64,000 bases of DNA from an uncultured Chloroflexia bacterium (GCA_963734535.1 CAVTHS010000003.1:128001-192000), one strand, 5' to 3'; shown: positions 33,430-43,494, numbered from the stretch's first letter. Program-made: numbers and translations. Notes: generated by a model not told the origin, from the letters alone.

Positions 33430-34612
33430 ATGCCCGCTCCGTCCGACCTGAAGACCCGCGCCGCGGCCGCCGTCGAGGCCAACCGCGACGAGATCCTGGC
33501 GCTCTCGCGGGCGATCCATGCCGACCCGGAGCCCGCCTTCGAGGAGCATCGCGCGGCGGCGCGGGTCGCGGCGTCGATCGCCGCCCACGGCTTCCTCGTG
33601 GAGCACCCGGCCGGCAGCCTCGCCACCGCCGTACGCGGCCGGCTGACCGGCGGCCTCGGATCCGATGGGCCGCGGATCGGCGTCCTCGCGGAGTACGACG
33701 CGCTGCCGGGCCTGGGCCATGGCTGCGGCCACAACACGATGGCCGCATCCGGCGTCGGCGCCGCGATCGCCCTCGCGGCGGTGCGCGACTCGTTCGCCGG
33801 GGAGGTCGTCTTCCTCGGAACACCGGCCGAGGAGCGGGGCAGCGGCAAGCAGTTCATGCTCGACGACGGGCTCTTCGATGGCCTGGACGCGGCGCTGCTC
33901 TTCCACCCGGCCGACCGCGACATGGTCCATGCCATCCTGCTCGCCAGCGAGGACGTGGACGTCACGTTCAGCGGCAGGGCCGCGCACGCCGCGAGCGAGC
34001 CGTGGGAGGGCAGGAACGCGCTCGACGCGGCCATCCTGCTGTTCGAGGCAGTCGGTCTGTGGCGCCAGCAGCTGCCCCAGCATGCCCGCGTCCACGGGAT
34101 CGTCGTGGAAGGTGGGACGGCCGCGAACATCATCCCGGACCGGGCGACCGCCCGGTTCATGATCCGGAGCACGGACCAGCCCTACTTCGATTCGATGCGT
34201 ACGCGGTTCCGGTCCCTGGTGGAGGGCGCCGCGCTGATGGCCGACGTGAAGGGCGAGGTGATCTTCTCCGGCCGCTCGACCACGATGAAGGAGAGCCGCA
34301 CCCTGGCCGGTCTCTGGCGCTCCAACATGGAGGCTCGCGGGCTGGTCGACGAGGGAGCCGACCCCGACCACATCGGCAGCTCCGACATGGGGAACGTGTC
34401 CCTGGTGCTCCCGACGATCCATCCGTCGCTCGCGATCTGCGACCACGGCGTGCCCTGGCACTCGGTCGAGTCGCTGCGGGCCGCGGCGACGCCCACGAGC
34501 CGAGGCGACGACGCTCGTCGCTGCGGCGCTCGTCGCCGAGACGGCGCTGGATCTGCTTGCCGATCCGTCCCTCGTCGCGGCAGCCTGGCGCGAGTTCCAC
34601 GGCGAGGGATAG
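33430..34612 (+). CDS. M20 family amidohydrolase (PM20D2/AbgB-like), frameshift near 34493
   Basis: 'AEYDALPGLGHGCGHN', 'GTPAEE', 'GRAAHAA', 'SSDMGNVS', 'HS'. The proper C-terminal helix '...ETALDLLADP...AWREF' is in the +1 frame and ends at TAG 34612. Confidence 0.88.
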
Positions 34613-34759
34613 GAGCGGACCCGTCCGCGCGCTATCATCCGCGGGCGCCCCGCTGGACGATGGACCCGAACCGGCGGCGCCGACACCGACGGCCCCGCGT
34701 CCCCATCGCGCGCCATCGTCGGCGCTGCCACGACGCTCGCGGCCCGAGAGGAGCCTCGC

Positions 34760-35839
34760 GTGACCGACGCGAACGATCCGGTCGACGCCGCGCCCGACTA
34801 CGCCCACGCCAATGGGTGGGACCGCGAGTTCGAGGCGTTCGGCGACTTCGACCTGCCGACCTACGTCGGCCCGTCGACGTTCGCCAAGCTGCCCTGGGTG
34901 ACCGACCCGGCCGAGCTGCGGCGGCGCACCGTGGACGTGGCGATCGTGGGCGCGCCGTTCGACGACGCGGTCAGCCACCGGCCGGGCGCGCGCTTCGGGC
35001 CCCGCGCGATCCGCGAGGCACAGTACAGCACGGGGTCGCTCCACTCGCTCCAGCTGGGGGTGGAGCCGTTCGAGATCCTGACGGTCGTGGATGCCGGCGA
35101 CGCGAACATCATCCCCGCCTGGATCGAGCGAAGCCATGCGTTCATCTACCGCAAGGTCCGCGAGGTCGCCGAGACCGGGGCCATCCCGATCGTGCTGGGC
35201 GGCGACCACTCGATCACGTGGCCATCGGCAACGGCCGTCGCCGAGGTTCGCAGGCCGGGCACCCTCGGGATCATCCACTTCGACGCGCACGCAGACACCG
35301 CGCCCGAGGACTGGGGCGTGCTGGCGGGCCACGGAACGCCGATGCGGCGGCTCATCGAGTCCGGGGCGGTCGCCGGCCGCAACTTCGTGCAGGTCGGCCT
35401 GCGCGGCTACTGGCCGCCGGTGGACGTCTTCGCCTGGATGCAGCAGCAGGGGATGCGCTGGCATCTCATGCGGGAGATCGAGGAGCGCGGCATGGAGGCC
35501 GTCGTCGACCATGCGATCGGCGAGGCGCTGGAGGGCGCCGACGCGATCTATCTGTCCGTCGACATCGACGTCCTCGATCCCGGCATGGCGCCCGGGACGG
35601 GGACGCCGGAACCGGGTGGGCTCCTGACCCGCGAGCTGCTCCGGGCGATCCGCCGCATCGTCGGCGCGGTGGACCTTGCCGGGATGGACATCGTGGAGGT
35701 GGCGCCGCCGTACGACCACGCCGAGGTGACCGCGATGGCGGCCAACCGCTGCGCGATGGAGGCCATCGCGGCGCTTGCCGCGAAGCGCGTCGCGGGTTCT
35801 CCGGTGCGCTTCGCCGGCCGCGGGACGCGACCGTCGTGA
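34760..35839 (+). CDS. speB: Agmatinase / ureohydrolase family
   Basis: 'GGDHSI', 'DAHADT', 'HGTP', 'SVDIDVLDP', 'PGTGTPEPGG', 'EVAPPYD'. Confidence 0.88.
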   Translation: MTDANDPVDAAPDYAHANGWDREFEAFGDFDLPTYVGPSTFAKLPWVTDPAELRRRTVDVAIVGAPFDDAVSHRPGARFGPRAIREAQYSTGSLHSLQLGVEPFEILTVVDAGDANIIPAWIERSHAFIYRKVREVAETGAIPIVLGGDHSITWPSATAVAEVRRPGTLGIIHFDAHADTAPEDWGVLAGHGTPMRRLIESGAVAGRNFVQVGLRGYWPPVDVFAWMQQQGMRWHLMREIEERGMEAVVDHAIGEALEGADAIYLSVDIDVLDPGMAPGTGTPEPGGLLTRELLRAIRRIVGAVDLAGMDIVEVAPPYDHAEVTAMAANRCAMEAIAALAAKRVAGSPVRFAGRGTRPS

Positions 35840-36651
35840 GCCAGATCAACGGGACCCCCGGGCCCGAGCCGCTCCCCGACGCGCTGGCGCGACTCTACGA
35901 CCTGGACCTGCTCGACGATCCGGGGGACATGGACCTCTGGCTCGCGCTCGCGGAGCAGGCCGAAGGGCCGATCCTCGAGCTGATGGCCGGGACGGGACGC
36001 GTCGCGGTCCCGCTGGCGGAGGCGGGGTTCGCGGTCACCGCCGTCGACCTGGACCCCGCCATGCTGCGGCGCGCGGCCCGCCGTGCGGCCGCGGCGGGCG
36101 AGGATGTCGAGGCGCGCCTGGACCTCGTCCTCGGCGATGTCCTGGGCCTGGAGCTCGCCGCGGCCGGAACGTTCCGGCTCGGAATCGTGCCCCTCAACTC
36201 GATGCTGCTCCTCCGGACGCGCGAGGCGCAGGGAACCGCCTGGGCCGCCCTCGCGGCGCACCTCGCCCCCGGCGGCCTGGCCGCCGTCGACGCCTGGCTG
36301 CCCGACGCTGCGGACCTGGCCCGCTACGACGGTCGGCTCCACCTCGAGTACCTGCGGCGGGATCCGGAGCGTGGCCGCTGGGTCACGAAGACCGCAGCTG
36401 CCCAGCACGACGGGGCGACCGGGACGATCGCCCTGACGACGTTCTTCGACGAAGGCGAGGCCGGAGAGGCGGCCGTCCGATGGTTTCGTCGCGACGTGGT
36501 GCGCCTCACCTCCGCCGACGAACAGCGCGCCCTGGCAGAGGCGGCCGGCCTCGCGGTGGAGCTGGTTGCCGGCGGCTACGACCTGGAGCCGCTCGGACCG
36601 CACGACGACCGCCTGATCGTCCTTGCGCGCAAGCCCGGTGACGGGGCCTGA
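35836..36651 (+). CDS. Class I SAM-dependent methyltransferase
   Basis: 'ILELMAGTGR', 'VTAVDLDPAML', 'HLAPGG'. GTGA overlap with speB. Confidence 0.85.
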   Translation: MSQINGTPGPEPLPDALARLYDLDLLDDPGDMDLWLALAEQAEGPILELMAGTGRVAVPLAEAGFAVTAVDLDPAMLRRAARRAAAAGEDVEARLDLVLGDVLGLELAAAGTFRLGIVPLNSMLLLRTREAQGTAWAALAAHLAPGGLAAVDAWLPDAADLARYDGRLHLEYLRRDPERGRWVTKTAAAQHDGATGTIALTTFFDEGEAGEAAVRWFRRDVVRLTSADEQRALAEAAGLAVELVAGGYDLEPLGPHDDRLIVLARKPGDGA

Positions 36652-36671
36652 GTCTGGTATCGTCGGCGTCG

Positions 36672-37817
36672 ATGTCGGGTTCCGCGCAGATCCGCCTGCT
36701 CCTGGTCGAGGATGTGCCACAGGTCGCCCAGTACGTCCGCGGCCTGCTGAACGCCCAGCAGGCGATCAAGCTGGTCGACGTCGTGACCGACGGGGGCCAT
36801 GTGGTGGCACAGGTCCAGCAGCTGCGCCCCGATGTCATCGTCGTCGACTGGCTGCTCCAGGGTCGGACGAAGGGGCGCCGGGTGGTCGAGGTGCTCCACG
36901 AGGGCGGCCTGCACATCCCCGTGATCGCGCTCACGGTCCCGCAGAGCCCTGTCGAGCCCGATCCGAAGGCCGGGATCGCCGCGGTCATCTCGATGCCGTT
37001 CTCCGGGTTCGAGCTGGTGAACGTCGTGAACGCGGTCCATGCTGCCGCCTCGGCGAGCGACGGTCTGCACGGCTCCCGCGTGATCGCCGTCTTCGCGCCG
37101 AAGGGTGGCGTCGGGAAGACCACGATCGCGTTCAACCTCGCGGTCGCGCTCGCGACGCTGGGCCACCGCACCTGCCTGATGGATGGAAGCCTCCAGTTCG
37201 GCGACCTCCGCTCGCTCCTCAAGGTGCCAGGGGACGCGCCATCCATCCTCGACCTGCCGACCGACCGGGTCGGCGAGTCGGACCTCGCCGACGTTCTGTG
37301 GCGTGACCCATCGGGGATCGACATCCTGCTCGCGCCCCCCCGGGTGGAGCTCGCCGAGATGGTGAGCGTCCGGGACATCGACAAGGTCGTGTCGCTCCTG
37401 CGGCGGGTCTACAACGTCGTGGTGATCGACATGGCTGCGACCCTGGGGGACGTCTCGCTCGCCATCCTCGATGCTGCGGACACGGTCCTGCAGATCGTCA
37501 CGTACGACTCGACGACCATCCGCAACACGCTCGCCGTGGCCGACGCGTTCCGCGCCATCGGCTACCCGGCGGGAAAGGTGCGCTACGTCGTGAACCGCGC
37601 GGACTCCGGGGGTGGGATCCGGCCCGACGACCTGGCCCGGGCCCTCGGCAAGGCGCCCGACCACTCGATCATCTCGGACGGCAGGCTCGTCGTCGAGTCC
37701 AACAACCAGGGCGTGCCGTTCGTGCTCGCGAGCCCGGGGGCCCAGATCAGCCGCGACGTCGCGGCCATGGCCGCGTCGCTCCTCGCGGCACCTGCGCCGG
37801 CCGCCGCCCGGCGCTGA
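36672..37817 (+). CDS. Receiver domain + MinD/ParA-like ATPase (CpaE/TadZ-like)
   Basis: N-terminal REC ('LLVED', 'PDVIVVD'); deviant Walker A 'KGGVGKTT', 'QFGD', 'VVNRAD', 'NQGVPFV'. Confidence 0.85.
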   Translation: MSGSAQIRLLLVEDVPQVAQYVRGLLNAQQAIKLVDVVTDGGHVVAQVQQLRPDVIVVDWLLQGRTKGRRVVEVLHEGGLHIPVIALTVPQSPVEPDPKAGIAAVISMPFSGFELVNVVNAVHAAASASDGLHGSRVIAVFAPKGGVGKTTIAFNLAVALATLGHRTCLMDGSLQFGDLRSLLKVPGDAPSILDLPTDRVGESDLADVLWRDPSGIDILLAPPRVELAEMVSVRDIDKVVSLLRRVYNVVVIDMAATLGDVSLAILDAADTVLQIVTYDSTTIRNTLAVADAFRAIGYPAGKVRYVVNRADSGGGIRPDDLARALGKAPDHSIISDGRLVVESNNQGVPFVLASPGAQISRDVAAMAASLLAAPAPAAARR

Positions 37818-37821
37818 GCCG

Positions 37822-38742
37822 ATGTCCGACCCGCGTCCGATCGGGGTCTTCGATTCCGGCGTTGGCGGGCTGACCGTCCTGCGCGAGATCCTGCGTCGCA
37901 CGCCCCACGAGAGCCTGACGTACCTGGGCGACAACGCCCGGGCGCCATACGGGACGCGGTCCGACGCAGACGTGCGCCGGTTCTCGATCGAATGCCTGGA
38001 TCGCCTCGTGGACCAGGACGTCAAGGCGCTCGTGGTCGCCTGCAACACGTCCACCGCCGTCGCGCTCGGCGAGTACCGCCGCCGCTACGACATTCCGGTT
38101 CTCGGCGTCATCAGGCCCGGCGCCCAGGCCGCGGCGCTCGCGACGAGGACGCGCCGCGTGGGCGTGATCGCCACGCCGGCCACGATCCGCTCGCACGCCT
38201 ACTTCGACGCGATCAAGGAAGAGAACCCCGCGGTCGAGGTCTACGAGCACGCAACGCCGACGCTCGTGCCGCTCGTGGAGGCGGGGGTGCTCTCCGGCGC
38301 CGCCGCCGTCGCCGCGGTCGGGGAGGCGCTGGGCCCGCTGCTGGGCCGGCGAGACGAGCGCGGCGAGTTCATCCACCCGCTGCCGCCGTCGGCGAAGATC
38401 GACACGCTGCTGCTCGGATGCACGCACTACCCGCTCCTCCGGCCGATCATCCAGGCGGCCGTCGGCGAGGGGGTCGCGATCGTCGACAGCGCGACGGCGA
38501 CCGCCGGGGCGCTCGCCGAGCTGCTCTCCGTGAACGGCCTCGAGGCGCCCGGGACCACCCGCGGCACTGCGGCTGACGCGGGAAGCGCAGGCCACGACGC
38601 GCCCGGGGAACGGGCTGTTCCCCCCACCCGTCGCCTGCTGACGACCGGTAACCTCGCATCCTTCCAGGCGCTGGTGGACCGGCTCTTCGGGGCCGACTTC
38701 CCCACCGCCGAGACCGCCGCGGTCGGCGCGGACGCGGCCTGA
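37822..38742 (+). CDS. murI: Glutamate racemase
   Basis: 'IGVFDSGVGGLTV', 'PYG', 'ACNTS', 'LGCTHYP'. Confidence 0.96.
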   Translation: MSDPRPIGVFDSGVGGLTVLREILRRTPHESLTYLGDNARAPYGTRSDADVRRFSIECLDRLVDQDVKALVVACNTSTAVALGEYRRRYDIPVLGVIRPGAQAAALATRTRRVGVIATPATIRSHAYFDAIKEENPAVEVYEHATPTLVPLVEAGVLSGAAAVAAVGEALGPLLGRRDERGEFIHPLPPSAKIDTLLLGCTHYPLLRPIIQAAVGEGVAIVDSATATAGALAELLSVNGLEAPGTTRGTAADAGSAGHDAPGERAVPPTRRLLTTGNLASFQALVDRLFGADFPTAETAAVGADAA

Positions 38743-38750
38743 GGGCGGCG

Positions 38751-39956
38751 ATGGCGGCGGGACGGGGCGGGGCGCGTCGCCCGACCGGACGATCGTCCGG
38801 CGGCACGTGGCAGGCCGGGTTCCTGGTGGGCGCGGCGCTCGGCGCGGTCATCACGGTCCTCGGCCGGCGGGCCGAGGACGAGGCGCGCACGGGCCTCGTG
38901 GACTGGCAGGCGGTGGGCCGTCTCGCCGAGGCTCGCCTTCGACATGCCCCGGGCCGGCTGGGCGCGTCCGAGATCGCGACCACCGAGCCGGCCTATGCAG
39001 CCGCGATGGCGCGCGTGGTCCCGGCGCTGGAGAAGGCGCTCGGCGTCCCGCTCCCCGGGATCGTCGATCGCGTCGCGGTGGTGGATCGCGCGGGCTGGGT
39101 GGAGGCCAACCTGGTCACGTTCGCCGACCTCTTCGGGAAGCTGGAGAGCGGGCTCATCGACCAGCTGGTGCCACAGGGCGCCGGCCTCGTCAAGGCCTCG
39201 ATGGCCCTTGCCAACCGGTGGGTCACCACGCGGCAGCTCGCCTTCCTGCTCGGCTTCATGGGCCAGCGGGTGCTCGGCCAGTACGACCTCGCGCTCCTCT
39301 CGGCGGAAGCCGAGCCCGGCCAGCTGCTCTTCGTGGAGGAGAACATCCGGGCGACCGCGGCGGCCCTCCGCGTCGACGTGGCGCCGTTCCGGACCTGGAT
39401 CGCTCTCCACGAGACGACGCACGCCTTCGAGTTCGAGGCCCACCCCTGGTTGCGGCCCTACCTGGCGGAGCGCCTGGACCGGCAGCTTCGCGCGTTCTCA
39501 CGGAGCACGTCGTCGCTCGGCGGTGACGCGACGAAGGCGCTCGGGCGGGCGCTTCGCGGCGGCGACGGTCACTGGCTGGAGCGCCTCATGTCCGACGAGC
39601 AGCGGACGCTCTTCCGCGAGACCCAGGCCGTGATGAGCCTGCTCGAAGGGTTCGGTGACCACGTCATGGACTCCGTCGGGAAGGACCTGGTACCGGGCGT
39701 CGAGACGATCTCCGCGCGGTTCCACGCCCGGCGTGCGTCGCGAACCCCGATGGAGCGGGCGATCCTGCGGATCACGGGGCTGGACCTGAAGATGGAGCAG
39801 TACGCGCGGGGCGAACGCTTCGTGGCCGGGATCGAGCGGCTCGGCGGCCCCATCGCGCTGCGCCGCCTCTGGGATGGCCCGGAGACGCTTCCCCGCGCAG
39901 ACGAGCTCGACCACCCCGAGCGCTGGACGCAGCGCGTCCTGCGGACCGTCGCGTGA
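38751..39956 (+). CDS. Zinc-dependent metalloprotease (Zincin_2/DUF2342)
   Basis: 'VLGQYD', 'WIALHETTH', 'MSLLEG', 'LKMEQY..GERFV', 'P.RW'. Confidence 0.88.
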   Translation: MAAGRGGARRPTGRSSGGTWQAGFLVGAALGAVITVLGRRAEDEARTGLVDWQAVGRLAEARLRHAPGRLGASEIATTEPAYAAAMARVVPALEKALGVPLPGIVDRVAVVDRAGWVEANLVTFADLFGKLESGLIDQLVPQGAGLVKASMALANRWVTTRQLAFLLGFMGQRVLGQYDLALLSAEAEPGQLLFVEENIRATAAALRVDVAPFRTWIALHETTHAFEFEAHPWLRPYLAERLDRQLRAFSRSTSSLGGDATKALGRALRGGDGHWLERLMSDEQRTLFRETQAVMSLLEGFGDHVMDSVGKDLVPGVETISARFHARRASRTPMERAILRITGLDLKMEQYARGERFVAGIERLGGPIALRRLWDGPETLPRADELDHPERWTQRVLRTVA

Positions 39957-41017
39957 CCGGCGAGCCGGCTGGGGCGACGACGGGGCCGGGACCGGGGAGC
40001 GGTCCCGGTCCGGGGCACGGCCCCGATGGCGTCCCCCTCGCGATCGCGCTCTCGCCGATCCTGTCGGCGCGCTACCGGCCCCAGGACGTGGCCCGGATCG
40101 CCGCCGCGGCGCCGGGAGCGCGGCTCATCACGCTCTCGCGGGAGGGGCTCGCCGACGGCCCGGTCGACGACGTGGAGGTGCTGCTCCACGGGTTCCTCGC
40201 GGCCGACGCCTTCGAACGGCTCCTGTCGCGCGCCCCGTCCCTGCGCTGGGTGCACTCGGCCGCGGCCGGCGTCGAGCGCCTCCTCACGCCGGCGGCCCGG
40301 GCACGGGGGCTGGCCATCACGAATGCCCGCGGCGTCTTCAGCCGGCCGATCGCGGAATATGTGCTGCTGATGGTGCTTGCGGTCAGCCGCCGCCTCCCGC
40401 AGCTCCTCGAGCTCCAGGCGGAGCGGACCTGGCAGCCGCTGGAGGCGCGCGAGCTGCGGGACGTCACGCTCGGGATCGTCGGCTTCGGGAGCATCGGGCG
40501 GGCGGTCGCGGAGCTGGCCGCGCCATTCGGGCCTCGCGTGATCGCCACGCGCCGTCACCCGTCGCTGCAGCCGGACGAGCCGCCGCTCCCCGCGGGCGTG
40601 GAGCTGCGTGGTCCCGAGGCGTTCGGTGACCTCCTCGCGATGTCGGACTTCGTGGTCCTGGCCCTTCCTCTCACCGTGGAGACGGAGGACCTCGTGGACG
40701 ATCGCGCGCTCGCGCTCATGAAGCGGACCGCGTGGCTGATCAACGTGGCGCGCGGCCGCCTCATCGTGGAGCGGGCCCTGCTTCGCGCGCTGCAGGAGGG
40801 CCGGCTGGGAGGCGCCGTGCTCGACGCGTTCCGCGACGAGCCGCTTCCGCCCACGTCCCCTTTCTACGACCTCTCCAACGTGATCCTGACGCCCCACACG
40901 GCGTGGTCGAGCGGGCGAGTCCTGGATCGGAGCGTCGAGCTGTTCGCGGACAACCTGCGCCGGTTCGCCACGGGGGAGCCGCTGGTCAACAGCGTGGACG
41001 CCGGCGCCGGATACTGA
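39953..41017 (+). CDS. D-2-hydroxyacid dehydrogenase family
   Basis: 'GIVGFGSIG', 'LINVARG', 'LDAFRDEPLP', 'LTPH'. Confidence 0.9.
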   Translation: MTGEPAGATTGPGPGSGPGPGHGPDGVPLAIALSPILSARYRPQDVARIAAAAPGARLITLSREGLADGPVDDVEVLLHGFLAADAFERLLSRAPSLRWVHSAAAGVERLLTPAARARGLAITNARGVFSRPIAEYVLLMVLAVSRRLPQLLELQAERTWQPLEARELRDVTLGIVGFGSIGRAVAELAAPFGPRVIATRRHPSLQPDEPPLPAGVELRGPEAFGDLLAMSDFVVLALPLTVETEDLVDDRALALMKRTAWLINVARGRLIVERALLRALQEGRLGGAVLDAFRDEPLPPTSPFYDLSNVILTPHTAWSSGRVLDRSVELFADNLRRFATGEPLVNSVDAGAGY

Positions 41018-41021
41018 CAGC

Positions 41022-42125
41022 ATGCAGATCGCGATCGTCGGGCTGGCCGGCTCGGGCAAGACCACCGTCTTCAACACGCTCACCCGGGGGAACGTCCAGA
41101 CCGGCGGCTTCGGTGGGCTGGAGCTGCACGTGGGCGTCGTCAAGGTCCCGGATCCACGCCTGGACCGCCTCGCCGGGATCTTCCACCCGAAGAAGGTCGT
41201 GCACGCGGACGTGACATACGTGGACCTGCCCGCTCCGCCGGCCTCCACCGAGGGACACGTGGGCACCGAGGAGCTTCCCGCGGAGCACCTGGCCCGCCTT
41301 CGAGACGCCGATGCGCTGCTCCACGTGGTCCGCGCGTGGGACGATCCCGCGCTGCCGCATGCATCCGGGTCCGTCGACCCCTGGCGGGACCTCGAGCAGC
41401 TCGACCTGGAGTTCGTCCTGGCGGATCTGTCGGTCGTGGACCGCCGGCTGGAGCGGCTGCGTGGCACCGGACGCCACGGCACCCCGGCGGAGCGAGAGGC
41501 GAACGAGCGCGAGGCGCCGCTCCTGGAGCGGCTCCGGGCGCGCCTCGTGGATGGCCACCCGATCCGCGACGAGGCGCTCGACGCCGACGAGGAGAAGCAC
41601 CTGCGGGGCTTCCGCTTCCTCACCCAGAAGCCCGTCCTGATCCTGCTCAACGTGGGTGAGGGCGACCTGGCCGCGGCCCCGGCGAGGGTGGCCGAGATGA
41701 CCGCGCGGTACCCGCACCGTCACGCCCTGATCGACCTGCTGTCCGCCCGGATCGAGATGGAGCTCGGCCAGCTGGACCCGGACGAGGCGGCGGTCTTCGG
41801 CGCGGAGCTGGGCATCACCGAGTCGTCGCTCGATCGGGTGATCGGGCTCTCCTACCGGCTCCTCGGGCTCGTCTCGTTCCTGACCGCCGGGCCAGACGAG
41901 GTCCGCGCCTGGCCGATCCCGGATGGCTCGACGGCTGTTGACGCGGCGGCCGCGATCCACACCGACCTTGCCCATGGCTTCATCCGGGCCGAGACCGTCC
42001 TGTACGAGGACCTCGTGGCGCTCGGGACGATGGCCGAGGCGCGCCGCCACGGCAAGCTGCGGTCCGAGGGCAAGACGTACCGCGTCCGGGACGGCGACGT
42101 CCTCGAGATCCTCTTCTCCAAGTGA
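41022..42125 (+). CDS. ychF: YchF/Obg-like ATPase with TGS domain
   Basis: 'VPDPRLDRL', 'LTQKP', 'FLTAGPDEVRAW', 'IHTD...GFIRAE', 'EGKTYRVRDGD'. Confidence 0.9.
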   Translation: MQIAIVGLAGSGKTTVFNTLTRGNVQTGGFGGLELHVGVVKVPDPRLDRLAGIFHPKKVVHADVTYVDLPAPPASTEGHVGTEELPAEHLARLRDADALLHVVRAWDDPALPHASGSVDPWRDLEQLDLEFVLADLSVVDRRLERLRGTGRHGTPAEREANEREAPLLERLRARLVDGHPIRDEALDADEEKHLRGFRFLTQKPVLILLNVGEGDLAAAPARVAEMTARYPHRHALIDLLSARIEMELGQLDPDEAAVFGAELGITESSLDRVIGLSYRLLGLVSFLTAGPDEVRAWPIPDGSTAVDAAAAIHTDLAHGFIRAETVLYEDLVALGTMAEARRHGKLRSEGKTYRVRDGDVLEILFSK

Positions 42126-43156
42126 CCCTGCGGCCTGCCTCCGGCGATCGCGCCCACGGCGCGATGGCGGGCGAGCCCGAGGTCGTGATCGCGGGCTCGG
42201 CGAGCCGCGACATCGCCCCCGACGACCAGCGTGGCTGGCGGCTGGGCGGCGGGGTCACCTATGCGGCGCTCACGTGCGCGCGTCTCGGCGTGCGCACGGC
42301 CGCGGTCATCGGCCTCGATCCGCAGGCCTACGAGTCGCACGAGCTCGAGCTGCTGGAGGCGGCGGGCGTGACCCTGCTCCGCGTTCGGCTCCACCTCGGC
42401 CCGGTCTTCCGGAACGTCGATTCGCCGGACGGCCGGATCCAGACCTGCCTGGAGCCGGGGCTGCCGCTGCCGCACGTCGCCGTGCCGCTCGCCTGGCGGG
42501 CCGCGCCGGCCTGGATCCTGGCGCCCGTCGCAGGAGAGCTCGACGACGCCTGGGCCGACCCGATCCCCGCCGACGCGTTCGTGGCGCTGGGGTGGCAGGG
42601 ATTGCTGCGCACGCTGCGCGCCGGGACCCGCGTCGAGCGCCGAGCGCCGGCCCCAGGGCGCCTCGTGCGGCGGGCCGACGTCGTCGGCGTCAGCGAGCAC
42701 GACGTGGCGCCCGGGACGTCGCCCGGGGACCTCGCCCCGCTGCTGCACCCGGGCGCATGGCTCGTCTTCACCCACGGCGTCGCCGGCGGGCGCATCGCCG
42801 AGGTGACGGAGGACGGCCTCGCGCGCGTCGTCCACTACCCGGCGGTCGGGGCGGCGGGCGAGGTGGACGCCACCGGCGCAGGCGACACGTTCCTCGCGGC
42901 CCTCGTCTCGAGCGTCGTCCAGGGAGGTCCGGACCACGCGGGCGACCGGGCCGAGCGTCCCGGGCTCACGCGCGCCGCCAGGCCGCTCCCGGACGTCCGG
43001 TTCGCGGCAGCGGCCGCCTCGTTCACCGTGGAAGGGCCAGGCCTGGCGGCCGTGCCGGATCGAGCGGCCGTCCTCGGCCGGCTCGCGGGCGGTGCGGGTC
43101 AGTCGTCCCCGGAGCCGCCGTCCTCGCCGACGTACTCGGCGAAGGCTCCCCGGTAG
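42122..43156 (+). CDS. PfkB family carbohydrate kinase (start possibly 42164)
   Basis: 'LGGGVTYAA', 'DATGAGDTF' anion-hole motif. Confidence 0.85.
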   Translation: MTLRPASGDRAHGAMAGEPEVVIAGSASRDIAPDDQRGWRLGGGVTYAALTCARLGVRTAAVIGLDPQAYESHELELLEAAGVTLLRVRLHLGPVFRNVDSPDGRIQTCLEPGLPLPHVAVPLAWRAAPAWILAPVAGELDDAWADPIPADAFVALGWQGLLRTLRAGTRVERRAPAPGRLVRRADVVGVSEHDVAPGTSPGDLAPLLHPGAWLVFTHGVAGGRIAEVTEDGLARVVHYPAVGAAGEVDATGAGDTFLAALVSSVVQGGPDHAGDRAERPGLTRAARPLPDVRFAAAAASFTVEGPGLAAVPDRAAVLGRLAGGAGQSSPEPPSSPTYSAKAPR

Positions 43157-43464
43157 TCCGTGTTCGCGAGGCCGAGGGCGCTGAACTCGTCCTCCGACGC
43201 GATCAGAAAGTTCTCGTCCTCGTCGGTCGACACGTTGACCGCCGCGGTCACTCGCTCGTCGGAGATGAACAGGAACGCGTGGGTGCGCTCGAGCTCGACC
43301 GCGATCGCCTCGATCAGGGTGTCCTCCTCGTGATGGCCCTGGACGTTCTTCCGAATGCCCTGGACCAGGTCGAAGAACTCGTCCGCGGGCATCTCCTCCT
43401 CGCGGGCGAGGAGGACGTCGGTGTAGAGCTCGTCGTCGCCCTCGTGGAGCTCGTAGAAGTGCAC
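43099..43464 (-). CDS. Small acidic hypothetical protein
   Basis: SD AAAGGAG and -10 TAGAAT upstream, typical codon use. The 3' end overlaps pfkB. Confidence 0.75.
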   Translation of the reverse strand: MHFYELHEGDDELYTDVLLAREEEMPADEFFDLVQGIRKNVQGHHEEDTLIEAIAVELERTHAFLFISDERVTAAVNVSTDEDENFLIASEDEFSALGLANTDYRGAFAEYVGEDGGSGDD

Positions 43465-43494
43465 CGGATCTCCTTTGGTGGGTGGTAGGCGATT

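Noticed and set aside
34760-35839. Guanidine hydrolase GdmH
   Set aside because: It has GTGTPEPGG and DAHAD/HGTP like agmatinases, rather than the GdmH-type Trp-containing motif.
33346-36651. 1101-aa amidohydrolase-methyltransferase fusion ORF
   Set aside because: Artefact of the frameshift near 34493. The middle is off-frame read-through across speB.
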